The translations under genes were made by a program, and so were the position numbers. Below the pieces are notes generated by a model that ran no database searches, was not told where the DNA came from, and saw nothing but the letters and a program-made list of their open reading frames with translations. Source: Planctomycetota bacterium (GTDB taxonomy: Bacteria > Planctomycetota > B15-G4 > JADJEK01). From it: a DNA stretch of 64,000 bases. Shown here piece after piece: positions 19,371-29,839 of this stretch; the stretch's first letter is position 1; every line of letters begins with the position of its first letter. Where the stretch lies: NCBI GenBank assembly GCA_044225365.1, contig JBGAIQ010000020.1, forward strand, positions 38,741 through 102,740, written 5' to 3'.

Positions 19371-22346
19371 TCACCGAGGATCGACGGCGCGGGCGAATCG
19401 CACGCCAATGTAGTCCGCGGCGAAGCGCGGTGGGGCGTAGTCACGATGCGAGCAGCGAGAATGGCGGGGCAGGCCGTCGAAGCATCCACCGCGGTAGACG
19501 CGGTCGCCCGCGAACAGCACCTTGCGCTCGGCGTCACCGGCGGCGACTTCGCCGCCGTACCCCGTGTAGGTGTCGCGGCACCACTCCCGGACGTTGCCGA
19601 CGATGTGATGCATTCCGAACGGATTGGGAAGCAGGGCGTCGACTCGTGCGTGACCGGCGAATCCGTCGTTCAGGGCCGTGTCGCAGGTGATCGACGCTTG
19701 AACCGCATGGGCTTCGAGGAACGCATCGGCGAGGTTGGCGTAGCCGCTCAACGACGCGACGTCCTTTCCGGTGAAGAACGGCGTGGTCGTCCCGCCGCGA
19801 CACGCGTATTCCCATTGAGCCTCGGTGGGGATCACGATTCCCATTCCGAGGCGTGCCACGAGGTCGGCGCACTCTTCGAAGCTCACCGTTTCCACCGGGT
19901 GGAGGCCGTCGACCGGCTCGCTGTCGATGTAGTTGCGACCGGGTTTGTAGTGGCTCGGCTCCGCGCCAGTGAGGCGTCGCCACTGCGCCTGGGAGGTCTC
20001 GTACTTCGAGACGAAGTACGGCGCGAGCGTGATGCGCTGCGGCGGACCCTCGGGTGGATCGGCGTCCGGATCGAAGTTCGGCTGCCGCGGGTCCGCGCTC
20101 TGCGCGCCCATCGTGAACTCACCACCCGGCAACAACACGAAGACGAAGCTGGAAGCCTCCGTGACGATGAGCTTGCCGCCTGCGTCCCTTGAAGGGACCT
20201 CGCCGCTCTGGAGGTGTGCGAACTCCTGCAGTCCGCTCTTCTCGTCCTTGCCGAGCGGGACGAGTCCGAGTTGCGGTGCGAGGGAGAGTCCGCGGTAGGC
20301 GGGCGTCGCGCGGATCTCGTTCGCCGCCCGCGTCCACGCGGCGTCGACCTTCGGGTCGCTTCGAGAGCGCTGCGTCACACTGCGAGCGAAGGCGAGGCGA
20401 TGCTGCATGCTCGCAACGGTGGGTTGGTACTCGTTCGCGAATTCCAGCGCATCGAGCGAGCCGAGGAGCAATGCGGCCTGCTCGCAGAAGAAGACTGCAT
20501 CCGGGTCGGCGCCGAAGGCGCTCGCCGTCTCCGCCTCGATCGCGGCGACCGACGCGCGCAATTCCGCGAGTGCGCGTTCGACGGCCTGCTCGGCCTGCCG
20601 CGGGTCGCCGCCGCTCGACGCGATGCGATCACGTTCCGCACTCCGCACCTGACGTACGACGCGATCGAACTCCGCGCCACGCGCGATTCCGTCGTGGATC
20701 GCGCGGGTCCGGAACTCGTCGAGTTTGCCTTCATACTCCGGACGGGCTTTCAACGCCTCGATCGCACGCACGAGCCAGGCCTCGATCGGCGAAACGTGAG
20801 AGGGGTCGGCCGGCCAGCATTTCTTCGGGTCGTTCCAGTCCTTGCGCAGATCGCCGAGATGAACGGCGCGGAGCAGCCACGACGCTCGCTGTCGTTCGAG
20901 GTCCGCGACGCGCGCGCTGCGGATCGCCGCATTGCGTTCGTCGTGGATCCGCAGGTACGACCAGCCGAGGAGTACGGCGATCGTGACCGCGGCGGCCGCG
21001 GTCGTCACGGCGAGTGCCTGATTCCGGTGGATCCACTTGCGCAATTCGGCGAGCAGGCCGCTCTCGTAGGCCGCGACGACGCGGTGCTCCACGTGGGCTC
21101 GCAGATCCGAAGCGAGCTCGAGCATCGACGGATAGCGCAGATGCGTCTCGCGCCGCATCGCCTTCTCGCAGATTGCCACCAGCTCGGGGCGGGCTTCCGG
21201 GTTCTGCGCGAGGATCGGTGGGGGCGGACCCTGCGCGAGGGCGCCGAGGATCTCGTACGCCGAGGGCCGCGGACTGCCCGTCGAGAGCGCGCCGCTATAG
21301 GGGGCTTCCCCAGTGAGGAGGTGATAGAGCATCGCGCCCACGGCGTAGACGTCGCTCCACGGACCGAGACGATCGAGTTCACCCGCCGCCTGTTCGGGCG
21401 GCATGTACGACGGCGTGCCGATGACGTCGCCGTCCATGGTGACGAGAGGAGTGACGATCGGCGAATCGGAGTCGTCGTTCTTCGATTCGTCAGCGTGCTT
21501 CCTAACGCGGGGCCGGATGCGTAAATCGTGGTGATCGGGCTCGATCGCGCCGTGCACGCGCGCGAGGCCCCAGTCCATCACGTACACCTCGCCGTAGCGA
21601 CCGACCATCACGTTGCCGGGTTTGAGATCGCGATGGATCACGTTCTTCGCGTGCGCGTAGCTCATCGCGTCGCAGACCTTCAGCAGCACGCCGACCGCGC
21701 GGTCGACGGTCCAGCCGTCCTCCTTCTTCTTCACGAGTTCGAAGACCCGACGCAGGTCGTCGCCCTTCACGAGCTTCATGGTGAAGTACACGCTGCCGCG
21801 ATCGTCGACGCCGATCTCATGCACCGGGACGATGTTCGGATGGTCGAGCTGAGAAGTGACCTGCGCTTCCTCGAGGAAGCGTCCGAGCGTCTTCTCGTCG
21901 TGCGATGCGCCGCTCGAGGGGGGACGATTCGGCGAGTTCTTGCCGCTCGCGCCGCGCTGCGGGTCGCGCAGGACCTTGAGCGCGAGGTTGCGCTTGGCGT
22001 CGACGTCGTAGACCCGATAGACGATGCCCATTCCGCCGCGGCCCACCTCGCCTTCGAATTCGTAGCGCCGATATGCGGGACCGCGCGAGCGCAACTGATC
22101 GATGAAGCGCTTCCAGGTTCCCGCGGGGCTCGAGATGTCGGCGGTCGATGGGCAATGCGAACTCGAGTCCGCGCGTGAGGCCGACCACAGTTCGAATCGC
22201 TCGCGCAGTTCGCCCTCGAGATGCGGTCGCGAGCGACAGAGTTCCTCGATGTCGATCGTCTCGCCGTCCTGGAGACGTTCGAGGATCGTCGAGAATTCGC
22301 GATCGGCTTCACCGTCGCGATCCGCGGGCGGGGTCTTTTCGGTCAC
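19371..22346 (-). CDS. Ser/Thr protein kinase fused to a C-terminal FGE-sulfatase (SUMF1/C-type lectin fold) domain
   Basis: GRGGMG, ALK, HRDLKPGN, DWG, GTPSYMPPE; TM helix; GGEFTMG, PTEAQWEYACRGG, PNPFGMHHIVGNVREW, RGG. Confidence 0.93.
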   Translation of the reverse strand: MTEKTPPADRDGEADREFSTILERLQDGETIDIEELCRSRPHLEGELRERFELWSASRADSSSHCPSTADISSPAGTWKRFIDQLRSRGPAYRRYEFEGEVGRGGMGIVYRVYDVDAKRNLALKVLRDPQRGASGKNSPNRPPSSGASHDEKTLGRFLEEAQVTSQLDHPNIVPVHEIGVDDRGSVYFTMKLVKGDDLRRVFELVKKKEDGWTVDRAVGVLLKVCDAMSYAHAKNVIHRDLKPGNVMVGRYGEVYVMDWGLARVHGAIEPDHHDLRIRPRVRKHADESKNDDSDSPIVTPLVTMDGDVIGTPSYMPPEQAAGELDRLGPWSDVYAVGAMLYHLLTGEAPYSGALSTGSPRPSAYEILGALAQGPPPPILAQNPEARPELVAICEKAMRRETHLRYPSMLELASDLRAHVEHRVVAAYESGLLAELRKWIHRNQALAVTTAAAAVTIAVLLGWSYLRIHDERNAAIRSARVADLERQRASWLLRAVHLGDLRKDWNDPKKCWPADPSHVSPIEAWLVRAIEALKARPEYEGKLDEFRTRAIHDGIARGAEFDRVVRQVRSAERDRIASSGGDPRQAEQAVERALAELRASVAAIEAETASAFGADPDAVFFCEQAALLLGSLDALEFANEYQPTVASMQHRLAFARSVTQRSRSDPKVDAAWTRAANEIRATPAYRGLSLAPQLGLVPLGKDEKSGLQEFAHLQSGEVPSRDAGGKLIVTEASSFVFVLLPGGEFTMGAQSADPRQPNFDPDADPPEGPPQRITLAPYFVSKYETSQAQWRRLTGAEPSHYKPGRNYIDSEPVDGLHPVETVSFEECADLVARLGMGIVIPTEAQWEYACRGGTTTPFFTGKDVASLSGYANLADAFLEAHAVQASITCDTALNDGFAGHARVDALLPNPFGMHHIVGNVREWCRDTYTGYGGEVAAGDAERKVLFAGDRVYRGGCFDGLPRHSRCSHRDYAPPRFAADYIGVRFARAVDPR

Positions 22347-22424
22347 GAGAGGGTCGGAGTGAGAATCGTCACGATTCGGGTGCCGATTCTACGCGCGACG
22401 CGTGGCGGATGTGCAGTGCGGGCG

Positions 22425-24464
22425 TCAGCGGGCGGCGAACTTCTTGGCGGCGGAATCGAGCTTGGCGATGAACTCTGCGCGCATCTCCGGCGTACTCGCG
22501 TAGCCTGGATAGACCTCGAGGGTCTCTTCGTTCTTCGGATCGAGGACCGCGTAGTACGGCTGCGCCGAGGCCCGGAACCGCGTGAGCTGCAGCTCCTTGT
22601 TGAAGTCCTTCTCGGGCCCCTTGTCGACGTAGAGCTGGACCCGGACGAACTGCTCGAGGCGCTGCCTCACCTCGGGCAAGGGGAAGACTCGCTCTTCCAT
22701 CGCGCGGCAGTTCACACAGGTGATTCCGGTGAAGTCGATGAAGAGCGGCTTGTTCTGCTGCTTCGCGAGCGCGAGGCCCTCCTTGTAGGAAGGAAGGAAC
22801 GCGAGCCGTTCCTCGCCGCCGCCCGAACTCGCGCCGCCCTTGGCGACCATTCCGTACTCCGAGGGCGGGAGCAGGCCTTCGATCGTGTCGCCGAAGCGCG
22901 TGCCGAGGAAGCCGGTCGCGAGATAGAGCGTGGTCGATCCGAAGAGCAGAGCGAGCACCATGCGGTAGGGGCCGATCGGCTCCTCGTTCAGGTCGTAGCC
23001 GACCTTGAGACGGCCGAGCAGATAGAGCGTGACGACGAGGCCGATCACGACCCATGCCGACAGGTACGCGGGTCGCGTCAGGATCTCGAGATTCCACACG
23101 AGGTCCGCGTTCGACATGAACTTCAACGCGAACGCGAACTCGACGAGACCCATCACGATCTTCGCGGAGTTCATCCAATTCCCGGCGCTCGGCAGCGAAC
23201 TCATGAGCCCGGGGGAGAGCGCGAGGAGGAAGAACGGCAAGGCGAACGTGCTCGAGAACGCGAGCATGCCGAGCAGGGGCCAGGTGTACTCACCCGTCGC
23301 GGCCTGGACCAGGAGACCGCCGACGAACGGCACCGTGCAAGTGAACGACGTCAAGGTGAACACGATCGCCATCAGGACGACCTGCGCAACGCCCGTCGCC
23401 TTGTCCTGCGCCGCGGCGGCCTTGTTGATGAGGAACGACGGCAGGCGCAGTTCGAAGGCGCCGAGCAGCGAGAGCGCGAACACGACGAAGAGTGCGCCGA
23501 GCACCAGGTTGATCCACGGATTGCTGCCGATCGTGTTGGCGCCGCCCGCGCCGCCGATGATCGAGCACAACACCCCGATCGCCGTGAACACGACGATGAT
23601 CGATATGCCGTAGATCGCCGCGAGCCTCACCTGACTACCACGGCTCCCTGCGGCTTGCTTCGTGAACACCGAGACCGTGATCGGGATCATCGGAAACACG
23701 CATGGCATCAGCAGCGAGATGAGCCCCGCGCCGATCGCCGTCAGCAGGAAGGCGAACAGCGATGAGTTCGCCGGAGTCTTCGGCAACGCGAGCGAATCCG
23801 TCGTATTTGGAACCGCGGTGGGATCGGCGCCGGCGCCGGCCGTGGCCTCCGATCCGCCTGCGGATCCGCTACCGGTGCCATTCGCGGCTCCGGCCTGCGT
23901 GCCGTTCGCGTTCTCGGCAGCGGCGTCGGGCTTCGCGGTTGCGGTCACGTCCGTTGCGCTCGGATCCGCCGTCACGTCGAGTTCGAGCGGAATGTCGAAG
24001 TTGTCGCACGAGTTGTTGTCACAGGCCTGACCGCTCAGCGTCCCCTGGAAGTCGAGCTTGCTCTTGGCGTCGGCGGGCAGCCGTATCGGCTGTTCGATCT
24101 TGAATCGCCCGGTGAGCTCGTGGAACGTCTCCCCGAGATCCTGGTCGACATGGACCTTCGGTGTGGGATGGACGAGTGCGCCATCGAGCTTGAACTTCGA
24201 ATCCTCGGGCAGCTTCACCTCGAGCTTGAGCGCGAACGACGATGGAGTCGACGGCGCGTAGGCGTGGTACCCCGGCATCACCTCGAAGTCGATGACGACC
24301 TTCGCCGATCCACCGGGCGCGGCCTTCTCGGGCTCGATCTTCGCCGAGTGCATCTTCACGCGATTCGTCAGCGGGGAGAGCTTGGGAGTCGCCGCGAACG
24401 CGCCGCTTGCCGTGACGAGCGCGAAGGCGACGGCGAGCCATCGAAGGGTTCCCGGGAATCGCAT
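22425..24464 (-). CDS. dsbD: Thiol:disulfide interchange protein DsbD-like
   Basis: Signal peptide; QACDNNSC N-domain; TM domain with MPCVFP and FTCTVP; thioredoxin FTGITCVNC. Confidence 0.88.
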   Translation of the reverse strand: MRFPGTLRWLAVAFALVTASGAFAATPKLSPLTNRVKMHSAKIEPEKAAPGGSAKVVIDFEVMPGYHAYAPSTPSSFALKLEVKLPEDSKFKLDGALVHPTPKVHVDQDLGETFHELTGRFKIEQPIRLPADAKSKLDFQGTLSGQACDNNSCDNFDIPLELDVTADPSATDVTATAKPDAAAENANGTQAGAANGTGSGSAGGSEATAGAGADPTAVPNTTDSLALPKTPANSSLFAFLLTAIGAGLISLLMPCVFPMIPITVSVFTKQAAGSRGSQVRLAAIYGISIIVVFTAIGVLCSIIGGAGGANTIGSNPWINLVLGALFVVFALSLLGAFELRLPSFLINKAAAAQDKATGVAQVVLMAIVFTLTSFTCTVPFVGGLLVQAATGEYTWPLLGMLAFSSTFALPFFLLALSPGLMSSLPSAGNWMNSAKIVMGLVEFAFALKFMSNADLVWNLEILTRPAYLSAWVVIGLVVTLYLLGRLKVGYDLNEEPIGPYRMVLALLFGSTTLYLATGFLGTRFGDTIEGLLPPSEYGMVAKGGASSGGGEERLAFLPSYKEGLALAKQQNKPLFIDFTGITCVNCRAMEERVFPLPEVRQRLEQFVRVQLYVDKGPEKDFNKELQLTRFRASAQPYYAVLDPKNEETLEVYPGYASTPEMRAEFIAKLDSAAKKFAAR

Positions 24465-24896
24465 GAATCGCTGTCTCCAAGTGGAATCGAATGCCAGGGC
24501 ATCCGCGAAACGCGAACGGAGCGTCGTTCTGTGAGTTCCGCCCGCGGTCGCGAGTGAACTCGACATGATACGCGGGTTCCAATTCGCCGATCCCGCATGA
24601 ATTCCGGGCGTGGATCCAAAGTGCGGGATTTCGATGCGGGAGAAGGGGTGCGGTTCGACCCGAATCGGGAAATCGCACCGGCCGTTCGATCGCCGCGAGG
24701 GAGCTCGATACGGTTACTCTCCGCGACGGATACGATAGGGGATTCATCACTCGGATTTCCTCGCTCGTCCCGCATCCTGTCGTAGCGTGGCGACTCCATG
24801 TGGGGCGACCGGCCTGAATCACTCGATCGGGAAACAGGCCGTCGTGACAACCCGAACGTCACGAAACCCACCCAGACCACGCATCGAGAGGGAAAG

Positions 24897-26366
24897 ATGA
24901 GTCTTGCATTCGCTTGGCGCGCACGATCCTTCGAGGGCGCTTCCGCCCTGGCACTGGTCGCTGCGCTCGTACTCGCATCGGATGGAATCGCAGGGAATCG
25001 TTCGAACTTCCTCCAGCTCACGAACGGCGTCGATTTCTCGTACGGTGGCTTCTACAACCCGATCTTCCCTCAGGGGACGATGGGGGTCTGGCGGTGCTAC
25101 CCGAGCGAGCTCTTGCACTCGCCGACCCGGACCGTCGATCCCGCGGGAACCGTTCCCGCGGGCACCTACGCGACGAAGATCACGGCTCTCCATTTCACGA
25201 CCCTCGCGAGCGGGGTCACACCGCCGTCGTGGCCGACGATCGTCCTCTCGTCGAGCGATGGCGATTGCCGGCTCGCGCCGGGCGGCCAACTGAACTTCGG
25301 CTTCGGCTCGTCGACGGCGGCACTCGCCGCCGCGCCGGGCACGGGGTGGTTCGGGTTCGGCCCGCTCAACTCGAGTTCCGGGACCGCGCACGTGCTCGCG
25401 GCGTTCACCAACGTTCAAGCGCCACAGATCTGGACCTACGGACCGGCGTCTGCGGCGTTGTCGTATGCGCTCGAGATCGATCAGCAGCTGGGTTCGCCGT
25501 CGGCGATCGCCGTACCGGAGGGCGAGAGCCTGACCTACTGGATCGCGGAGCGCATGAACCAGGGGCCGGGCAGTTATCAGTATTGGATGGCATCGGAGGA
25601 CGAGACTTCGGTGTGCTCGTCGCTCAGCAGCCTCGCTTCGGCGATCGGCACGCCGCACGGCGGTGTGTTCAGGGTGCCGTCGAATCGCGAATTCGGAATG
25701 TTCATCGGCACGCTCGACGCGACGCTCATGGCGGCCACGAGTCCGCGATGGAGCATCGGTGGAAGCGACATCACGATGGGCACGACGAACCCGATGGACA
25801 CCGGCACCGGCGCCCTCGACATCTCGATCTCCGGCCTCGGTACGACGACGGCGCAAGGCCACTACGCGACGATCTCGTTCAACAGCTATGACGACGCCGG
25901 TTCGTCGTTCCGCGCGGGCAAGATGGTCTTCGCGAACCGGGCTGGCTTCAACTCGCTCGGCCTTCCGAGCTGCGGCGCGTGGAGCCCGGGGCATCAGGCG
26001 TTGCCGACCGGCGGTCCTGGCGGTCCCGTGCTCAGCACGGCGATCCCGCAGCAGCCGCGCCTCGTGGGTCGGATCGACACGTTGACGGCGGTCCTGGTCG
26101 CGAATCCGACATGGATCGTCTCGACGACCCACGCGACGAAGTCGGGTGGAACCGAGTATCCGATGTTCCCCGGCTTCGCAGCCGACGGCGGTTCGACCGG
26201 CAACACGGGCGGTTTCGCCGTGCGGATCCCGAATGATCCGCTCCTCGTCGGCGAGGAGTTCTTCTTCAGCGGAGTGAACGTCGACCTCGTGAGCGGCGGG
26301 CTCGCGGTCCTCGCGAACAACGGCCATTCGAACCAGAACGGGTTCCTGACGCGATTGCGTCCGTGA
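24897..26366 (+). CDS. Secreted hypothetical Gly/Ser/Thr-rich protein
   Basis: GAGGGAAAG RBS, signal-like N-terminus, coding-like codon use; C-terminal IPNDPLLVG motif. Confidence 0.7.
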   Translation: MSLAFAWRARSFEGASALALVAALVLASDGIAGNRSNFLQLTNGVDFSYGGFYNPIFPQGTMGVWRCYPSELLHSPTRTVDPAGTVPAGTYATKITALHFTTLASGVTPPSWPTIVLSSSDGDCRLAPGGQLNFGFGSSTAALAAAPGTGWFGFGPLNSSSGTAHVLAAFTNVQAPQIWTYGPASAALSYALEIDQQLGSPSAIAVPEGESLTYWIAERMNQGPGSYQYWMASEDETSVCSSLSSLASAIGTPHGGVFRVPSNREFGMFIGTLDATLMAATSPRWSIGGSDITMGTTNPMDTGTGALDISISGLGTTTAQGHYATISFNSYDDAGSSFRAGKMVFANRAGFNSLGLPSCGAWSPGHQALPTGGPGGPVLSTAIPQQPRLVGRIDTLTAVLVANPTWIVSTTHATKSGGTEYPMFPGFAADGGSTGNTGGFAVRIPNDPLLVGEEFFFSGVNVDLVSGGLAVLANNGHSNQNGFLTRLRP

Positions 26367-26533
26367 CGGCGGTCCGCTAGGTCGTGTCCGGGGCGGCGCG
26401 GAGGACGAAGAATCCCCGCGCCCGCCCGTCCTCGGGCTCGAAAAGCCCTGAAGCGGCCCCGTTCCACCGAACAAGCTGTGGAAGCCTGTCCCGCGCACCT
26501 TATACTGGGTTGCCCCTTTTCTTCAGGTGACCC

Positions 26534-27712
26534 ATGTACGAAGCCGTGATCGTCAGCGCCGTCCGGACCCCGATCGCTCGATTCCAGGGAGGCTTCGCGT
26601 CGCTCAAGGCACCGCAACTCGGCGGGATCGCGATCAAGGAAGCGGTCGCACGCGCGCGCATCGAGGCGAGCGACGTCGAAGAGTGCATCATGGGCAACGT
26701 GCTGCAGGCCGGCATCGGGCAGAACCCGGCGCGGCAAGCGGCGCGCGCGGCGGGTCTCCCGGATTCGATCGGCTCGGTCACGATCAACAAGGTCTGCGGC
26801 TCGGGCCTGAAGTCGGTGATGCTCGCAGCGCAGGCGATTCGCGCGGGCGATGCGAAGATCCTCGTCGCGGGCGGCATGGAGTCGATGACGAATGCGCCGT
26901 ACATCCTGCCGTCCGGCCGCAACGGCGCCCGGCTCGGCCACGTTCAGCTCCTCGACTCGATGGTCTCCGACGGACTGTGGGACGTCTACAACGACTTCCA
27001 CATGGGCATCACGGCGGAGAAGGTGTCCGAACGCTACGAAGTGACGCGCGAGATGCAGGATCGCTTCGCCGCGGAGAGTCAGCGCCGCGCGACGGCGGCG
27101 TGGGGCGACAACCGCTTCGCCGCCGAGATCGTGCCCGTCGTCGTCCCCCAAGGAAAGAAGGAACCCATCACGGTCAATCGCGACGAGGGCTTCCGCGCCG
27201 ATACGACGTACGAGTCGCTCTCGACGTTGAAGGCGGCTTTCAAGAAGGACGGCACCGTCACCGCCGGCAACGCGTCGACGATCAACGACGGCGCCGCCGC
27301 GGTCGTCGTGATGGAAGCGAAGGAAGCGGAGCGGCGCGGCCTCAAGGTCCTCGCTCGCATCACGGGTTACGCGACGGGTGGCATGGCTCCCGAGTGGGTC
27401 ATGATGGCGCCGGTCGAGGCCGTGAAGAACCTGAACAAGAAGACAGGGCTCAAGGCCGATCAGTTCGGGCTCGTCGAGTTGAACGAAGCGTTCTCCGCGG
27501 CCGCGATCGCGGTCACTCGCGAGTGCGGCTTCGATCCCGCGAAGGTCAACGTCAACGGCGGTGCGGTCGCGCTCGGCCATCCGATCGGCGCGTCCGGCTG
27601 TCGCATCCTCGTCACGTTGCTGCACGCGATGATCGACCGCAACGTGAAGACGGGTCTCGCCTCGCTCTGCCTCGGCGGCGGCAACGCCGTTGCCCTCTCC
27701 GTCGAACGCTGA
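26534..27712 (+). CDS. Acetyl-CoA C-acetyltransferase (thiolase)
   Basis: NKVCGSG, NEAF, GHPIGASG, CLGGG. Confidence 0.96.
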   Translation: MYEAVIVSAVRTPIARFQGGFASLKAPQLGGIAIKEAVARARIEASDVEECIMGNVLQAGIGQNPARQAARAAGLPDSIGSVTINKVCGSGLKSVMLAAQAIRAGDAKILVAGGMESMTNAPYILPSGRNGARLGHVQLLDSMVSDGLWDVYNDFHMGITAEKVSERYEVTREMQDRFAAESQRRATAAWGDNRFAAEIVPVVVPQGKKEPITVNRDEGFRADTTYESLSTLKAAFKKDGTVTAGNASTINDGAAAVVVMEAKEAERRGLKVLARITGYATGGMAPEWVMMAPVEAVKNLNKKTGLKADQFGLVELNEAFSAAAIAVTRECGFDPAKVNVNGGAVALGHPIGASGCRILVTLLHAMIDRNVKTGLASLCLGGGNAVALSVER

Positions 27713-27757
27713 TCCGCGCTCGTTTCCCTCACCCTCATCCCTTTCCAGGCTCGGTTC

Positions 27758-28612
27758 ATGACGGACATCAAATTGGTCGGCGTCCTCGGCGCCGGAACGA
27801 TGGGCAACGGAATCGCCCAGGTCTTCGCGACGCGCGGATTCGACGTGACGCTGGTCGAGGTGAACGCGGATGCGCTCTCCCGAGGCACCGCGAGCATCGA
27901 GAAGAGCCTGAAGAAGCTGGAGGAGAAGGGACGACTCGGCACGGAGACCGCGGACGGCGTGAAGAAACGCATCCGTGCGTCGACGCAGCTCACCGACCTC
28001 GCGCACGTCGATCTCGTCGTCGAGGCGATCACCGAGAACGAGGCGGTGAAGGTGAAGGTGTGGCGCGAGCTCGATGCGATCGTGCGCAAGGAAGCGCTCT
28101 TCGCGTCGAACACGTCATCGATCTCGATCACGCGACTCGGCGCCGCGACGTCGCGCGCGGATCGCTTCATCGGGATGCACTTCATGAATCCCGTCCCACT
28201 GATGAAGCTGATCGAGATCATCCGTGGCCTCGACACCTCCGACGAGACGACGAAGACGATCGTCGAGCTCAGCAAGAAGCTCGACAAGACGCCGGTCGAG
28301 GCCAACGACTTCGCCGGCTTCGTGGCGAACCGCATCTTGATGCCGATGATCAACGAAGCGGTCTACGCGCTGATGGAAGGCGTCGCAACGGCCGAGGCGA
28401 TCGACGAGATCATGAAGCTCGGAATGAACCATCCGATGGGGCCGTTGCGCCTCGCCGATTTCATCGGCCTCGACGTCTGCCTCTCGATCCTCGAGGTGCT
28501 CCACAAGGAGATCGGGGACCCGAAGTATCGGCCGTGTCCTCTGCTCCGCAAGATGGTCGCCGCCGGTCATCTCGGCGACAAGACGAAGCGCGGCTTCTAC
28601 CGATACTCGTGA
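27758..28612 (+). CDS. 3-hydroxybutyryl-CoA dehydrogenase
   Basis: [27 protein letters not shown]. Confidence 0.95.
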   Translation: MTDIKLVGVLGAGTMGNGIAQVFATRGFDVTLVEVNADALSRGTASIEKSLKKLEEKGRLGTETADGVKKRIRASTQLTDLAHVDLVVEAITENEAVKVKVWRELDAIVRKEALFASNTSSISITRLGAATSRADRFIGMHFMNPVPLMKLIEIIRGLDTSDETTKTIVELSKKLDKTPVEANDFAGFVANRILMPMINEAVYALMEGVATAEAIDEIMKLGMNHPMGPLRLADFIGLDVCLSILEVLHKEIGDPKYRPCPLLRKMVAAGHLGDKTKRGFYRYS

Positions 28613-28657
28613 GATCGATCGTTTCGCCCACGGCTCGCCCGATGAATTGGACTTTGG

Positions 28658-29815
28658 ATGGACTTCGAACTGCGACCTGACCTCAAGGACTTCCAGGCGA
28701 GCGTGCGCGCCTTCGCCGATCGGGAGGTCGCTCCGCATGCCGATGCGCTCGATCACGAGCATCGCTTTCCTGCGGAGATCGTGAAGAAGGCCGGCCCGGC
28801 CGGCCTGATGGGCGTCGCAATCAAGAAGGAGTTCGGCGGACGGGATCTCGGGAACGCCGGATCCGCGATCCTCGTCGAGGAGTTGTCCCGTGTCTGCGCG
28901 TCGACGGGCGTGACGCTCTCGGTCCACAACTCCCTCGTCGCGACTCCGATCTCGCGCTTCGGCAGCGACCATTTGAAGAAGACATATCTCCCGCGCCTCG
29001 GCAGCGGAGAACTCCTCGGGGCGTACGCGCTCACCGAGCCCAACGCCGGCTCCGACGCCGCGAACCAGATGACGAAGGCCGAGAAGAAGGGCGATCGCTT
29101 CGTCCTCACCGGCACGAAGCTCTGGATCACGTCGGGTCAGCAGGCCGATCTCTTCGTCGTGTTCGCGCGTACGTCGCTCGACGATCCCTCCAAGAAGTAC
29201 AAGGGCATCACGGCCTTCGTCGTCGAGCGCAAGTGGAAGGGCATCACGCCGGGCAAGAAGGAAGAGAAGTGCGGCATCCGCGGCAGCTCGACCACCGAGC
29301 TCCTGCTCGATGGATGCGAAGTGCCCGAGAGCAACGTGCTCGGAACGGTGGGGGACGGATTCACGGTCGCGATGGACACGCTCGACGGGGGTCGCATCGG
29401 GATCGGATCGCAGGCGGTCGGCATCGCGCAGGCCTGCCTCGACGCCGCAGTCGACTACGCGAAGAAACGCCGCCAGTTCGGCAAGCCGATCGGCGCCTAC
29501 CAGGCCGTGCAATGGAAGCTCGCCGAGATGGCGACGAACATCGAGTCGGCGCGATTGCTCGTGCGCAAGGCGGCGTGGCAGCGCGATCGCGGTGAGAGCT
29601 GCTCGCTCCTCGCTTCGATGGCGAAGCTCGCGGCCTCCACGATGGCGAACAAAGCGGCGGACGATGCCGTCTCGATCCTCGGCGGCGCGGGTTACACCCG
29701 CGACTATCCGGTCGAGCGCTTCTTCCGCGATGCCCGCATCACCGAGATCTACGAAGGCACGACCGAGGTACAGCACCTCGTGATCGCGAAGCACGTGCTC
29801 GGCAACCTGAACTGA
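28658..29815 (+). CDS. Acyl-CoA dehydrogenase (short/branched chain)
   Basis: ALTEPNAGSD, GTKLWIT, RRQFGKPI, IYEGT. Confidence 0.95.
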   Translation: MDFELRPDLKDFQASVRAFADREVAPHADALDHEHRFPAEIVKKAGPAGLMGVAIKKEFGGRDLGNAGSAILVEELSRVCASTGVTLSVHNSLVATPISRFGSDHLKKTYLPRLGSGELLGAYALTEPNAGSDAANQMTKAEKKGDRFVLTGTKLWITSGQQADLFVVFARTSLDDPSKKYKGITAFVVERKWKGITPGKKEEKCGIRGSSTTELLLDGCEVPESNVLGTVGDGFTVAMDTLDGGRIGIGSQAVGIAQACLDAAVDYAKKRRQFGKPIGAYQAVQWKLAEMATNIESARLLVRKAAWQRDRGESCSLLASMAKLAASTMANKAADDAVSILGGAGYTRDYPVERFFRDARITEIYEGTTEVQHLVIAKHVLGNLN

Positions 29816-29839
29816 ATCGAACGAGGAAGCGACCTGGGA

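Noticed and set aside
19293-19620. Diversity-generating retroelement targeting the C-terminal FGE/C-type-lectin domain
   Set aside because: No reverse transcriptase and no second copy (template repeat) of the gene's 3' end seen in the window.
26367-26533. Cobalamin riboswitch upstream of the B12-mutase operon (also checked 42957-43092)
   Set aside because: No recognisable B12-box or conserved core motifs by eye; an Rfam scan would be decisive.
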